Below are positions 28,376 to 38,534 of a DNA stretch of 64,000 nt, in pieces; the stretch's first letter is position 1; every line of letters begins with the position of its first letter. Location of the stretch: NCBI GenBank assembly GCA_965217115.1, contig OZ244239.1, positions 192,001-256,000 on the forward strand, read 5' to 3'. The notes beneath the pieces are model-generated. The model did no database searches, was not told the DNA's origin, and worked only from the letters and a program-made list of their open reading frames with translations. Made by a program: the position numbers and the translations under genes. This stretch comes from Bdellovibrionales bacterium (lineage in GTDB: Bacteria; Bdellovibrionota; Bdellovibrionia; Bdellovibrionales; CAYMLA01).

Positions 28376-29632
28376 ATGAAAACCCCTGCCTACCAGAGAA
28401 TATGTCTTGTCATTATTATTTTATTCTCTCACGTCTGTCCTGCATTGGCATCTTTAGCCCCTAAATTTTCTCCTGAGAAAATCAAAGAACTTAAGAAGAG
28501 GCGCGCGCCACTAACTTCAAAAAAAGCATTCCGTAAATTACAAAGAATTTACTCTCTAATGGATAAGAAAGAGTACGGTAAAGCTGAAACGATGATTCTG
28601 AAACTTCTTAAAAAATCAAACAGACCTTTTCAAAAAGCGCAGAATTTCCAAACTTTAGCACATCTCTATATTAGACAAGATAAGTTAGGTCAGGCGATCA
28701 GTTTTTTTAATCAGGCCCTTAGCCTTAACACCCTTCCTTTAGGACACACTCTTTCAACGATGTATAGTGTCGTACAGATATTAGCTAGCCAGGGGAAAAA
28801 CCTTCAAGCCAAGAAGAAGCTTGAGGATTGGTTCCAGTATGTTGAGAAACCACAACCCCAAGCCTTTGTTCTTTACGCTAGTTTATTGTTTGAGCAAGGC
28901 GACAAAAAAGGGGCTTTGGTAAATATCAATCACGCTTTGAAGTTAACAAAAGACCCAAAGGAGAGCTGGTTGAGGATGGCGGTTGTTCTCAATTATGAAG
29001 CAAAAGATTATGCCACGGTTGAAAAACTTCTACGTCGATTAGTAGAGATAAATCCCAATAAGAGAAAATATTGGCAGCAGCTCTCCAGCACTCAACTTAT
29101 CTTAAACCATTCTTCTAAATCTTTAGCCTCACTAGAATTAGCCTACAAGCAACGCCTTCTTAAAAAAGAGAGGCATCTCTTGAGCTTAATTAATCTCTAC
29201 TCCCACGAGCAGATTCCTTTAAAGACAGCACAGCTTCTCGAAGAACATATTCAATCGGGGAAGCTGAAAAAAAACAAAAAGAATTATCGACTTCTAGCAC
29301 AGGCCTGGCTCCAAGCAGAAGAGCCGAAGAAGGCTATTGCGCCATTAAAAAAAGCGGCTCAATATGCAAAGGATGGAGAGATTGATATTCAATTGGGGCA
29401 GCTCTATATGCAGAGTGAAAACTGGACACAGGCTCTTAAGTTCTTTCAACAGGGAGTCCAAAAAGGAAAACTCAAATCAGAGGCACAAACCCATCTTATG
29501 ATGGGGATTACTTTCTCTAAAACAGGAAATAAGAGTCTAGCTCTTAAATATCTAAAACTTGCCACTGAGTCTGAGGATGAAAGCACAGAGACAGGCGCAC
29601 GACAGTGGCTAAAACATATTCAAAAGAAATAA
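28376..29632 (+). CDS. TPR protein (TtpD-like)
   Basis: Helical TPR-like repeats; last gene of the tonB operon. Confidence 0.8.
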   Translation: MKTPAYQRICLVIIILFSHVCPALASLAPKFSPEKIKELKKRRAPLTSKKAFRKLQRIYSLMDKKEYGKAETMILKLLKKSNRPFQKAQNFQTLAHLYIRQDKLGQAISFFNQALSLNTLPLGHTLSTMYSVVQILASQGKNLQAKKKLEDWFQYVEKPQPQAFVLYASLLFEQGDKKGALVNINHALKLTKDPKESWLRMAVVLNYEAKDYATVEKLLRRLVEINPNKRKYWQQLSSTQLILNHSSKSLASLELAYKQRLLKKERHLLSLINLYSHEQIPLKTAQLLEEHIQSGKLKKNKKNYRLLAQAWLQAEEPKKAIAPLKKAAQYAKDGEIDIQLGQLYMQSENWTQALKFFQQGVQKGKLKSEAQTHLMMGITFSKTGNKSLALKYLKLATESEDESTETGARQWLKHIQKK

Positions 29633-29663
29633 TTTCCATCTCTTATTCTAGGAGGCTTTAAAA

Positions 29664-30632
29664 ATGATTTATAATAATATTCTTGAAGCCATTGGAAGAA
29701 CGCCCCTAATCAAATTAAATCGTATTGGTGCTGATCTTCCTTGTAATCTCTATGCTAAATGTGAATTTATGAATCCTGGGGGATCAGTAAAAGACCGAAT
29801 TGGCTATCAAATGGTCTTAGATGCCCAAGAAAAGGGACGTATCAAGCCAGGTGATACACTCATTGAACCTTCCAGTGGCAATGCGGGGATCGGCATTGCT
29901 TTAGCTGGTGCTGTTCTCGGTTACAAAGTGATTATTACTATGCCGAAAAAAATGAGTCATGAGAAACAAGCGACCCTTGAGGCCCTTGGAGCAACTATTA
30001 TTAGGACACCGACAGAAGCTGCTTTTGATGACCCTGATGGTTTAATAGAAGTCGCTAAGAAGTTGCAGAGAGAAACCCCCCACTCCCACATTCTGGATCA
30101 ATACGCTAATCCCAATAACCCTCTGGCACATTATAATGGAACAGGACGGGAAATCCTAGACGACCTCAACAACCAAGTGGACATGATCGTTATGGGTGTT
30201 GGTACAGGGGGAACCATTACGGGAGTTGCTAAAAAAGTGAGAGAGGAAAAACCCCATGTTATTATCGTCGGTGCTGATCCTGAGGGCTCTATTCTAGCTG
30301 GTCGTCCTGATGAGGAGCCGAAGTCTTATCTTGTTGAAGGCATTGGTTATGATTTCATTCCAGACGTCCTTGATCGTCGTCTTGTTGATGTGTGGATAAA
30401 GACCAATGATGCCCTCTCATTCCCCCTTGCCCGTCGTCTTATTGCTGAAGAGGGACTTCTCTGCGGAGGCTCCTCAGGTTCTGCCATTTATGCAGCCCTT
30501 GAAGCGGCCAAGGATCTTAAAGAGGGCCAAAACTGTGTTGTCCTTCTCCCCGATGGGATTCGTAATTATATGACTAAATTCATTGATGGAGGGTGGATGA
30601 GTCAAAATGGTTTTTCCACTCACAATCTCTAA
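29664..30632 (+). CDS. Cystathionine beta-synthase / PLP cysteine-synthase family
   Basis: [30 protein letters not shown]. Confidence 0.85.
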   Translation: MIYNNILEAIGRTPLIKLNRIGADLPCNLYAKCEFMNPGGSVKDRIGYQMVLDAQEKGRIKPGDTLIEPSSGNAGIGIALAGAVLGYKVIITMPKKMSHEKQATLEALGATIIRTPTEAAFDDPDGLIEVAKKLQRETPHSHILDQYANPNNPLAHYNGTGREILDDLNNQVDMIVMGVGTGGTITGVAKKVREEKPHVIIVGADPEGSILAGRPDEEPKSYLVEGIGYDFIPDVLDRRLVDVWIKTNDALSFPLARRLIAEEGLLCGGSSGSAIYAALEAAKDLKEGQNCVVLLPDGIRNYMTKFIDGGWMSQNGFSTHNL

Positions 30633-30688
30633 CCAACTGTACTAGTCTTTCTATATGAATGACAAAATTGTTTTAGAAGGAGAAAAAG

Positions 30689-31270
30689 ATGAAGTTCCTA
30701 TCATTTCTAGCTATAACTCTATTTATTAGCCATTCCATGGCTGCGAAACTCTTTATTTTAGCAGGTGGTAATCAGGCCAGTGATCATTTCGAGCAAGGTC
30801 GTTATAAAGTTGATGGCAGAGGGCAATTTACATACTCTATAGGTGCTCGATTAGATTTCTCGGATGGGCATTCAGGATTCCAACTTGATTTTCTCTACTC
30901 GCCAAGAATCACAGAGTATAAATTCTCACCGGATTCAAGCGAAACAAAGACAGTTCATTATATTGATATTCCTTTAATGTACCGTATTCCCATTGGAAGA
31001 CTGTCTCTAGGTGTTGGAGCTTATTACTCCATAGGCTCTGGTAAGATTAAGCATGAAGTGACTAGAGGTGCATCAAGAACAAGTGATGACCTCGCTTTTA
31101 ATACTGCTAACCACTCTGATAATGATTACGGGGGCATTGCCGCCATCGGTTGCAATTTTAAGAGACATTTTGTTGAGGCGCGTTATTTGTATGGCTTTAG
31201 CGACAGATACACCAATCTAGATGTGGCGACCTACCGAGTGGTCCAACTTCTTCTGGGTTATCGCTTCTAG
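30689..31270 (+). CDS. Small outer-membrane beta-barrel protein
   Basis: Signal peptide, YIDIPL, EARY..G, terminal GYRF. Confidence 0.75.
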   Translation: MKFLSFLAITLFISHSMAAKLFILAGGNQASDHFEQGRYKVDGRGQFTYSIGARLDFSDGHSGFQLDFLYSPRITEYKFSPDSSETKTVHYIDIPLMYRIPIGRLSLGVGAYYSIGSGKIKHEVTRGASRTSDDLAFNTANHSDNDYGGIAAIGCNFKRHFVEARYLYGFSDRYTNLDVATYRVVQLLLGYRF

Positions 31271-31361
31271 GAAATTCTGTCTATCAAGGGACCTATCAAA
31301 AGATCGAAGTCATTTTGACCACTAAATAGACCATTTAAGAAACTATTCAGGTTAATTCTCT

Positions 31362-31377
31362 TGGCATCTTTTATGCT
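31362..31377 (+). promoter_or_regulatory. Putative sigma54 promoter
   Basis: TGGCATCTTTTATGCT (GG-N10-GC) upstream of 31442. Confidence 0.5.
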
Positions 31378-31441
31378 TTACTCTATGAGTAAGTGCATAA
31401 TGGCACTGAAAAAAATTAAACTGCTTTAACGGGGAGGATTT

Positions 31442-32197
31442 ATGAAGTGGGGAGTTACAAAATTAGCACTAATGATGACTGTATTAACGATGGGAGCTTC
31501 TGCTTCTGCAGAGAGAGTTCGATTGGTCTTAGACTACAATGACCTACATGTGAAGGGGCGCACAGATAATAAACTTCATCTTAAAAAGAAGCTCAAGTCA
31601 CAGTATCCTGGAATTCGCCTTCGTAAAGCTAGCCTCATCAAGGTGAAGCTTGTTGCCAAATCAAAGCGTGGTCATGGAACGGCAGCACTCCATGTGGGTG
31701 ATCAAAAGACTTATAGGGAACAAATCTACGGGAATAGATATGATTTTAACGATCCCAGTCCTTATACTTTTGATAAAATCAGGTTTTCTAACCCTTCCTA
31801 TGATTCCCAGGGAAAATGGCAGATTGATTTACGCGGGAATATCAAGATTCGCAAAGTTATCGTCGTCGTGAATCTTAGGAATCGTGATCGCAGAAGGGAT
31901 CAGGAGTTGACTCAGCGTATCACTTGCTCTAGCCGGGGTCACAACTACAAGTACTGTCTTGCAGATGGTCGTATTCTTAGCATCTTCCTCATGGACCAGT
32001 ACTCTCCGAGATCCAGAAGATGCGTTTATGGCACAACCTATGGCTTTAGCGGAGATGAAGTATGGGTTGCAGATGGATGCCGAGGCACATTCAAGGTCAT
32101 ACTGGCTAGCCAAGGAGGAGGGAATCGCAGAAGAAATCCAAATCCCGATCCAGGAAAGGGGAAGCCCAGGGGACCAAAAAAACCACGACGGATTTAA
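31442..32197 (+). CDS. Secreted protein with a C-terminal DUF3011-like Cys domain
   Basis: ITCSS...YKYC...C.YG.TYG....VWV.DGCRGTF. Confidence 0.7.
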   Translation: MKWGVTKLALMMTVLTMGASASAERVRLVLDYNDLHVKGRTDNKLHLKKKLKSQYPGIRLRKASLIKVKLVAKSKRGHGTAALHVGDQKTYREQIYGNRYDFNDPSPYTFDKIRFSNPSYDSQGKWQIDLRGNIKIRKVIVVVNLRNRDRRRDQELTQRITCSSRGHNYKYCLADGRILSIFLMDQYSPRSRRCVYGTTYGFSGDEVWVADGCRGTFKVILASQGGGNRRRNPNPDPGKGKPRGPKKPRRI

Positions 32198-32216
32198 TAG
32201 TACAAAAGAAATAATT

Positions 32217-32251
32217 AAAATAGCCTCCCATTTGGGGGGCTATTTTTTTTT
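32217..32251 (+). terminator. Intrinsic terminator
   Basis: TAGCCTCC...GGGGGCTA followed by T9. Confidence 0.8.
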
Positions 32252-32442
32252 AAGCTTCTTCTCTATAATAGTGAATAAATGGCAGAAGAACTCTCTATCC
32301 CATAAATCACGGCCTTTGAGGCTGTAATTCCTTCCAGGGCAAAGTGACCTCGACCAAGGTCAGCGGTGAATAATGACTAAAGTTTTACAATGGCCTTGTC
32401 GATGTATTTTAGTAAGTTAACCAAATTCAGTGAGGTCTTCTA

Positions 32443-33093
32443 ATGAAACATTCTATCTTTATCTGTCTACTCCTATCCACTGTCATGTTGATGATAACAG
32501 GCTGCAGCTCGTCTAGCGATGATGAAGCGGCGATCATCCTAGCCCCAGATAGTTACGAGCAGAGATTAAATAAATCCTGGACCCAAGCTTGTCAGAAAGC
32601 TCCCCTTCCTGAGGGGGCTTCTCTACCTCCTTTTGTTACTCCGTCCTTCGAGGGTAGTCTTAGTTTTGATTTAGTGAATGAGAGCTACACTCTAACAAAA
32701 AAGTTCTTTATTGACTCGAGTTGCGGTTTTCCAGCTCTTACAACAGTCTACACTGTAAAGCACTTGAACCTAGAAGAGGGGGAACAAATAGGGACGACCC
32801 TGAAATTTCCTTTGACTGGGGCCATAGAGAGTCTGATCGCAACAGTTCATGGTTCAGCGGATCTACTAAATAACCTCGAAGAGGACACCGAATATGGCTG
32901 TGGCCTTACTTGGGTTAATGGAGAGAATGACTTAACTGGCAGAACCTGTGATCTTGGTCGGGGAGACTTCGTGTTTCTGAAGGGCAAGCGTATAGGATTC
33001 GAGTCAAAATTATCAGGCAGCTCAAACTCAACTCTGACCTTTGGAAGCTGCTTTGAAGGTGGGTCTCAATATTGTCGCTATTCTGCTGAGTGA
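32443..33093 (+). CDS. Hypothetical lipoprotein
   Basis: ITGC lipobox. Confidence 0.7.
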   Translation: MKHSIFICLLLSTVMLMITGCSSSSDDEAAIILAPDSYEQRLNKSWTQACQKAPLPEGASLPPFVTPSFEGSLSFDLVNESYTLTKKFFIDSSCGFPALTTVYTVKHLNLEEGEQIGTTLKFPLTGAIESLIATVHGSADLLNNLEEDTEYGCGLTWVNGENDLTGRTCDLGRGDFVFLKGKRIGFESKLSGSSNSTLTFGSCFEGGSQYCRYSAE

Positions 33094-33102
33094 CCCTCCA
33101 TC

Positions 33103-34194
33103 TTATCCTTCTGAAAGAAAAAACCCCAGGTCATCATTATCAGGAGTGCTCTTAAATGAAGAGTGTCTCCAACGGGGTGAATAATCCTTATCTATCAACA
33201 GGGCGCGGACGCCCTCTTGGAACTCACCTCTCTGGACAAGACGATTTACTAAGATCGTCTCTGATAGGAAAGCCTCCTCTAAGGAAAAATTCTGTGACCT
33301 CTGTAACTGCTCCCAAGCGACACAGGCTGATAGCGGTGAACTTGAGAAGAACCTCTTCTTGGCCCTCTCAAGCCATTCAGAAGAGCTTTCAGAAGAGCTT
33401 TGAGAAGAGAGCCCCTGCTGCCCTAATTGATTCAGAAAATCAGAGTAACTCCCCGCCTGACAGAGAGGTTTTAAAACCTCAAGACAGGTGAACATCTCCG
33501 AGTCCCTCTGATTGACCGCTTTTTTAAATGACCCAAGAACTTGGTCAACAACGACTTCAGGGGACGCCCATTTCCAATCTTCTTGACTCAGGAGAGTCTT
33601 CCACAGCAACTCCCTACAAGCGCTATCAACTAAGGTGTCTGCAATCCCCAGGAAAACCCCATCCGAAGCTGAGAAACATGCCCCTGTAACACCCAATAAT
33701 CGTCCGAGACCAAATGGCATTTTATTTAAAAAATAGGAAGCTCCCACATCAGGGAAAAGACCAATCAAAACCTCGGGCATGGCCATCACAGTTCTCTCTG
33801 TGACAATTCGATGGCTCGCACCTACAAATAATCCAATGCCACCTCCCATCAGAATACCATCACCCCACACGATCATAGGCTTTGTAAATTGATGGATGGC
33901 ATAATCCAAGGAGTACTCGACTTTAAAAAACTCTTCGACCTTCTCCTCTTCCCCCGCCTTTGCGTGGAGGTAGAGTTTCTTAATGTCTCCTCCAGCACAA
34001 AATGCCCTCTCTCCTGAACCATCTAAAAAGACAGCTTTTACTTCCTCCCGATTTTGCCAATCATCCAAGCAAACCTTAATTGATCGCAGCATCTCGACGT
34101 CTAAAACATTTAAGACCTCTGGACGATTTAAAGACACATGGCCTAAAATCCCATTCCCATTTAACCTATGTTCTGAAAATATAACCTTTTCCAT
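33103..34194 (-). CDS. Enoyl-CoA hydratase / 3-hydroxyisobutyryl-CoA hydrolase
   Basis: AFCAGGDI, MGGG.G, MPE..IGLFPDVG, EGVRALLIDKD. Confidence 0.92.
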   Translation of the reverse strand: MEKVIFSEHRLNGNGILGHVSLNRPEVLNVLDVEMLRSIKVCLDDWQNREEVKAVFLDGSGERAFCAGGDIKKLYLHAKAGEEEKVEEFFKVEYSLDYAIHQFTKPMIVWGDGILMGGGIGLFVGASHRIVTERTVMAMPEVLIGLFPDVGASYFLNKMPFGLGRLLGVTGACFSASDGVFLGIADTLVDSACRELLWKTLLSQEDWKWASPEVVVDQVLGSFKKAVNQRDSEMFTCLEVLKPLCQAGSYSDFLNQLGQQGLSSQSSSESSSEWLERAKKRFFSSSPLSACVAWEQLQRSQNFSLEEAFLSETILVNRLVQRGEFQEGVRALLIDKDYSPRWRHSSFKSTPDNDDLGFFLSEG

Positions 34195-34251
34195 AAAAAA
34201 AGAGGGCCCGTGATATAGACCCTCTCTGCCCCCCTAACAAGATTAAAAAGA

Positions 34252-37002
34252 TTAATCTTGTTTTTCTTTAATCTCTAATTCTTTCCACTCAAGAACCCAT
34301 TTACGTAGGTCTCTTGACAATGACTTAAGGTCTTCGGTTGGAGATGGAAAAACCGAGGTCATGTGTACCTGCTTTTTTTCATTGAACTCCTGCCGTTGTT
34401 CCCAACCCCAATCGATCGACTCACCTCTTCGAGTCATAAGAAGGGACATTGATTTCTTACGAGTTTCAAAGTCATACACATACTCTGGAACTACTGTGCT
34501 TTTTGTGAATTTAGAGCTGTCATTTTCAAGAATATCATTCTCAAGAACGTCATCCCCAAAAATGTTCTCTTCGAAGCCGTGTACAAGCTCTGAAGCATTG
34601 ACTCCCCGTTTTTGTTCCAGCTCTTCTCCAAGACCATTTGCCCCATGAGTTTCGCCCTTCTGAGACAAACTATAGCTTAGGACTCTATCCAACATCGTAT
34701 CAGCCACATCGTTACTGAGCCCATGGTCCATGAATTTAATGGGAACCACTTTAGCCCTTCCTGAGAAAACAATCCTGTCCTGTCTTCCCATTAATATCAA
34801 ATCTTGCCTAACGATTTCTCTCTGAAAAATTTCAAAATATTTCTTTATAAGATCAAGTGTCTCCTGCTTTCTTCCAGAAATCTCAAGAAGCTGATTAAGC
34901 ATTATTCCTGTCTTATTAGAAACGAGAAGCTCTTTAAACTTCTTGAAAAGTGTTTCACTTAGATGAGGATCAATCGGTTTAAGAACCTTTGACACTCCCC
35001 CTGCAGCCGCAAAATCACCTTCTATCAAAGCCAATTCCTGTTGATGGATTTTTTCATCATAAAGCTCTGAAGGAAAGTAGAAATTCCTTCGCACTGAAGC
35101 AAAGCCTGCATGGGTTGTTAGGGAATCTAAGGCCAACTTCTGCGAACCCACAATAGTGTATGCATAACGAAGCGGACTTAAAAGCAATGGCAATGCCTCT
35201 AGGGGATACCCCTGCAGCAACAAAATCATAGTATACTCAATAGCTCTTTGTGGAAACTTCTCTAGAGTCTCTTTAGCTTTAAAGACAGCTGCCTCTGCTG
35301 GATTTTTTCCATCAACATCAAATCTCTTACAATCTATATAGGTGACCGGACCCCAGTCTCCAGCGTGACTATCCGTACAAAAGGTCGGTACGTCCGCTGG
35401 GTTGTAATCTTTTCCGAAGTAGAGATGCTTTATTGCTTTCTCGTCATGGGACATAACGCGACCCGCCTTCATCATATCCCCTGTCATAGCTCCTTCAACG
35501 AAAGAAATATAGTCCATAACAGAGCTCGTTGCCGTGACACCTTCTGGAGTTTTACCCTCTGTAAAATAGCGTTTAAATATATCTCCTCTCTCGGAGAGTT
35601 TGTAGCTAACCCCGTGGGAACCTGCAAAGTTATGACGTAAACCTAAGGTATGCCCTACTTCATGGGCAGTCACTTCACGCACAAAATCTTGAGCCGCTTT
35701 TAAGAAGGCTGCATCTTCTTCTCCAGAAGCTAATAAATCAGTGAGTGACTCACGGAAACCGTCTGTCCCCTTGTAGAGACAATTCTGATTTGTCTTAAAA
35801 CCTTTTAGTCCAAACTTCCAGTGAAGATTTTTATTCCCATCCTTCTCATCAGCAAAAGAAGCTAAAAATTCTTGTGCCTCTAGTTTACTGGAAACAGCAA
35901 AAGCACTGGTGACATAAACTTGAGCGTGCAGAACCTCACCTGTGCGTGGATCGGCTTGTGCATCTGCATAGGCAAACCCAGCATCATCCCAATCAACCCA
36001 CTGAATTATATTGTAGTTCATACTCGGTGCAGTCTCTGTCTCAGGGGCTTCGACAACTTGAATCAGCTCTTCACCTAAGGCGTTATTCCAGTAAAGAACC
36101 CCCCCCGCCACGGCTTCTTTGAAGTCATTGGGTGTGTTTGCTGAAACAGCGAATGTTATTTTTTTCTTCTCATTAAAGCGCATGGAATAGATTTTAGGAC
36201 GTCCTTCGCTAATGGTCGGAGCCACTTCGAAATAACCAAAAACCTTCTTAGGTTCACCCTCACGAGGGGCGAAGTCAGGAGAAGGACGATAGGGAGTCAG
36301 GTAGTATTTCACAGAGAGAGTCGTGGCATCGATGGAACCTTCATTCTGATCGATCACTCGTACTTGGGCTATCTGTGTTATCTCTAATTGTTCACCACTG
36401 AGATTAATCTTATCTAAATAACTAATTCCAGTTTCTACAGCGTTGTACTCTGGCTTGTAGGCAGAATTACCGAGGTCTGATGCGAAAAATTCTCCGGCAA
36501 CAAATATCTTTGACATTCCTTTATTAAAATCAAGAGTGATGTATCCACCCTTCTCTTCAAGAATATCAAACTCAGCTAATAGTAAGGCCTGTGGCAATTC
36601 ATCGGTTATTATGTGGCCAATGGAAGATTCCAATAAATAAACTTTACCAGATTTCTTCTTAAAAAAGACAACTCGAGATTTAATGGCACTGCCTAAAGGG
36701 ATAACTGGTTGGGAGATTATTTGCCCTTGCAATAAAAACTCTCTCTTCAAGGCCGAGCTATGAATGGACAACTGCTCTCTATCAACTTTTATTAATTTTG
36801 ATTTGCCCGCTAAGGCATCTGCCACTTTAAAAGATTTATGCATGTTTCCATCAGCTGGTTGGGGAGTGGAGATCTCCTTGGAACACCCTGCTGTAAAAAT
36901 AATCACAGAAATCACTGCTGCTAAAAACGAGAACCCATTGGTCAAAGAATTTTTTTTCACTGAAATACCCCCCTCAGGTGTACTTAATAGAATTGGGCGC
37001 AA
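34252..37002 (-). CDS. Zinc-dependent metalloprotease lipoprotein (EcxA-like metzincin)
   Basis: HEVGHTLGLRHNF, SSVMDY, DPRTGE; TAGC lipobox. Confidence 0.88.
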   Translation of the reverse strand: MRPILLSTPEGGISVKKNSLTNGFSFLAAVISVIIFTAGCSKEISTPQPADGNMHKSFKVADALAGKSKLIKVDREQLSIHSSALKREFLLQGQIISQPVIPLGSAIKSRVVFFKKKSGKVYLLESSIGHIITDELPQALLLAEFDILEEKGGYITLDFNKGMSKIFVAGEFFASDLGNSAYKPEYNAVETGISYLDKINLSGEQLEITQIAQVRVIDQNEGSIDATTLSVKYYLTPYRPSPDFAPREGEPKKVFGYFEVAPTISEGRPKIYSMRFNEKKKITFAVSANTPNDFKEAVAGGVLYWNNALGEELIQVVEAPETETAPSMNYNIIQWVDWDDAGFAYADAQADPRTGEVLHAQVYVTSAFAVSSKLEAQEFLASFADEKDGNKNLHWKFGLKGFKTNQNCLYKGTDGFRESLTDLLASGEEDAAFLKAAQDFVREVTAHEVGHTLGLRHNFAGSHGVSYKLSERGDIFKRYFTEGKTPEGVTATSSVMDYISFVEGAMTGDMMKAGRVMSHDEKAIKHLYFGKDYNPADVPTFCTDSHAGDWGPVTYIDCKRFDVDGKNPAEAAVFKAKETLEKFPQRAIEYTMILLLQGYPLEALPLLLSPLRYAYTIVGSQKLALDSLTTHAGFASVRRNFYFPSELYDEKIHQQELALIEGDFAAAGGVSKVLKPIDPHLSETLFKKFKELLVSNKTGIMLNQLLEISGRKQETLDLIKKYFEIFQREIVRQDLILMGRQDRIVFSGRAKVVPIKFMDHGLSNDVADTMLDRVLSYSLSQKGETHGANGLGEELEQKRGVNASELVHGFEENIFGDDVLENDILENDSSKFTKSTVVPEYVYDFETRKKSMSLLMTRRGESIDWGWEQRQEFNEKKQVHMTSVFPSPTEDLKSLSRDLRKWVLEWKELEIKEKQD

Positions 37003-37230
37003 GTTATTCTGAACCTAGACTTTCGGCAAGGTCCCATTTTGAAACCACCCCCTTCTAAAAATTACACTGGGATGCTTTGAGGTATTTAATGAATAATATC
37101 GGTAGCTTACACTTTCATAAGGGTGACGCGCTGCAGACATAATTTTTCCTTCTATGTAAATAATGTAGGATTCTCACCCCCGCTTTTTAAGGGGCTTGGC
37201 GGGAAACTCTATATGGAGAGCTTCTTTTAA

Positions 37231-37456
37231 AAATTTCGGTTCTTTATGATAAATAATAGTGGAACCAGTTTTTTCTGATGAGCTGTTTTTTTTCTAGAGT
37301 CTCTCCCAAAAGAATCCAGCCCTTTTCTTGCTCAAACATCCGTTTGTCACCTTCCATTGCAGGGAAATGCAATGGAAGTCGCCAAGCCAAACTCGCCGAA
37401 AAGAACTGGATTCTTTTGGGAACAGTTCCACTATTTATGACAAAGAACCAAAATTT
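37231..37456. mobile_element. MITE copy 3 (37286-37421, right TIR truncated) nested between inverted arms of the second repeat
   Basis: Core matches copies 1 and 2; 37231-37270 and 37419-37456 are imperfect reverse complements. Confidence 0.8.
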
Positions 37457-37457
37457 C

Positions 37458-38363
37458 TTATAAATAGCCGAGTCTAAGAAAAGTTAACAGAGCGTAGCTT
37501 GTTTCCTCTTCTTTAAAGAGTTGAAATGAATCGCGGGGATTCTTGGCATTTCTTTTCTGTTCCACAATAAAAATAAAACGAACCTTATCTGTGGCGTTAT
37601 AATCAAAGCCCACAGCAAGACCAGCATTCTCACGATAAAAGAAATCTTTCTTATCTGATTTAGAGCTCAAATAAGTCTCATAGTAGTGCTTTAAAGATGT
37701 TTGAATCGAGAAATCTTTGGTCACGCGATGGGTGAATTCAAGATAGTGCTCCAAGCTCAACTCTTTATTTTGTCTAATTGTGCTCCAGCCACTGGGATAA
37801 ACTCGGGTGTAAGTCTTCTCCCTATTTAAGTAATACTTTGGTTTCATATGATAAGAAAAATCTGACAACACCGATACAGGTTTACTCAAAGTCACCCAGC
37901 TTCCCAAAGTTCCTGCCCGGCTCTTTTCTTGACTACCCTCACTGGTTGGAAAATAAAATCGCGCCTGTGCCGATAGACCCACATTGCCAGGCAATAGGGC
38001 CAGATCATAATTAGAGAAACTAATAGAAGCATCAGCAAGTTTCACGTCTTGCTTAAGAAAACGACCACGGCGATCGTGCCCTTCAGTCTCATAAATAAAT
38101 GCTGGCCTAAAAGAGATCTTCCTGTCAGAGGACATCTTGTAATTTAGACTTATATAATTATAGGTGAAAACTGACCCCGGTAGAGGCTGACTTGCTTCTT
38201 CCGCGTCAATAGAGGCGATACTAAAACCACTGAGGCTCCAGGGGCTCCATTTACCTGCCTTATAAGTGCTCTTTGGGGCATTCTTTTCATTAAATGCAGC
38301 ATAGGATGAAAAACAGTAAAAAATAATAAAAGAACCCATTAAAATTCTGATGCTTATCCCCAT
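37458..38363 (-). CDS. Putative outer-membrane protein
   Basis: Signal peptide; beta-strand pattern. Confidence 0.6.
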   Translation of the reverse strand: MGISIRILMGSFIIFYCFSSYAAFNEKNAPKSTYKAGKWSPWSLSGFSIASIDAEEASQPLPGSVFTYNYISLNYKMSSDRKISFRPAFIYETEGHDRRGRFLKQDVKLADASISFSNYDLALLPGNVGLSAQARFYFPTSEGSQEKSRAGTLGSWVTLSKPVSVLSDFSYHMKPKYYLNREKTYTRVYPSGWSTIRQNKELSLEHYLEFTHRVTKDFSIQTSLKHYYETYLSSKSDKKDFFYRENAGLAVGFDYNATDKVRFIFIVEQKRNAKNPRDSFQLFKEEETSYALLTFLRLGYL

Positions 38364-38534
38364 AAGACCCTCCCCTCAGATGACTTATATCAAAAATCTT
38401 GATTTCTTCTCCCACACCTTCATTCAAATCACAAGAGCATCCCTAAAAAAAAGCAAATTTTCTTTGCATCACAGATTTAAACACATTTAAATGGTTAGAA
38501 TAAGAGATGTTTAAACTCGAACCGACCTAAAACC

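Noticed and set aside
37238..37449. Resemblance of the second repeat (GTTCTTT...AATAGTGGA...GTTCC) to the f1 phage plus-strand origin
   Set aside because: The match is short, gapped and AT-rich, and there is no Rep/HUH gene or other f1 sequence; probably coincidence.
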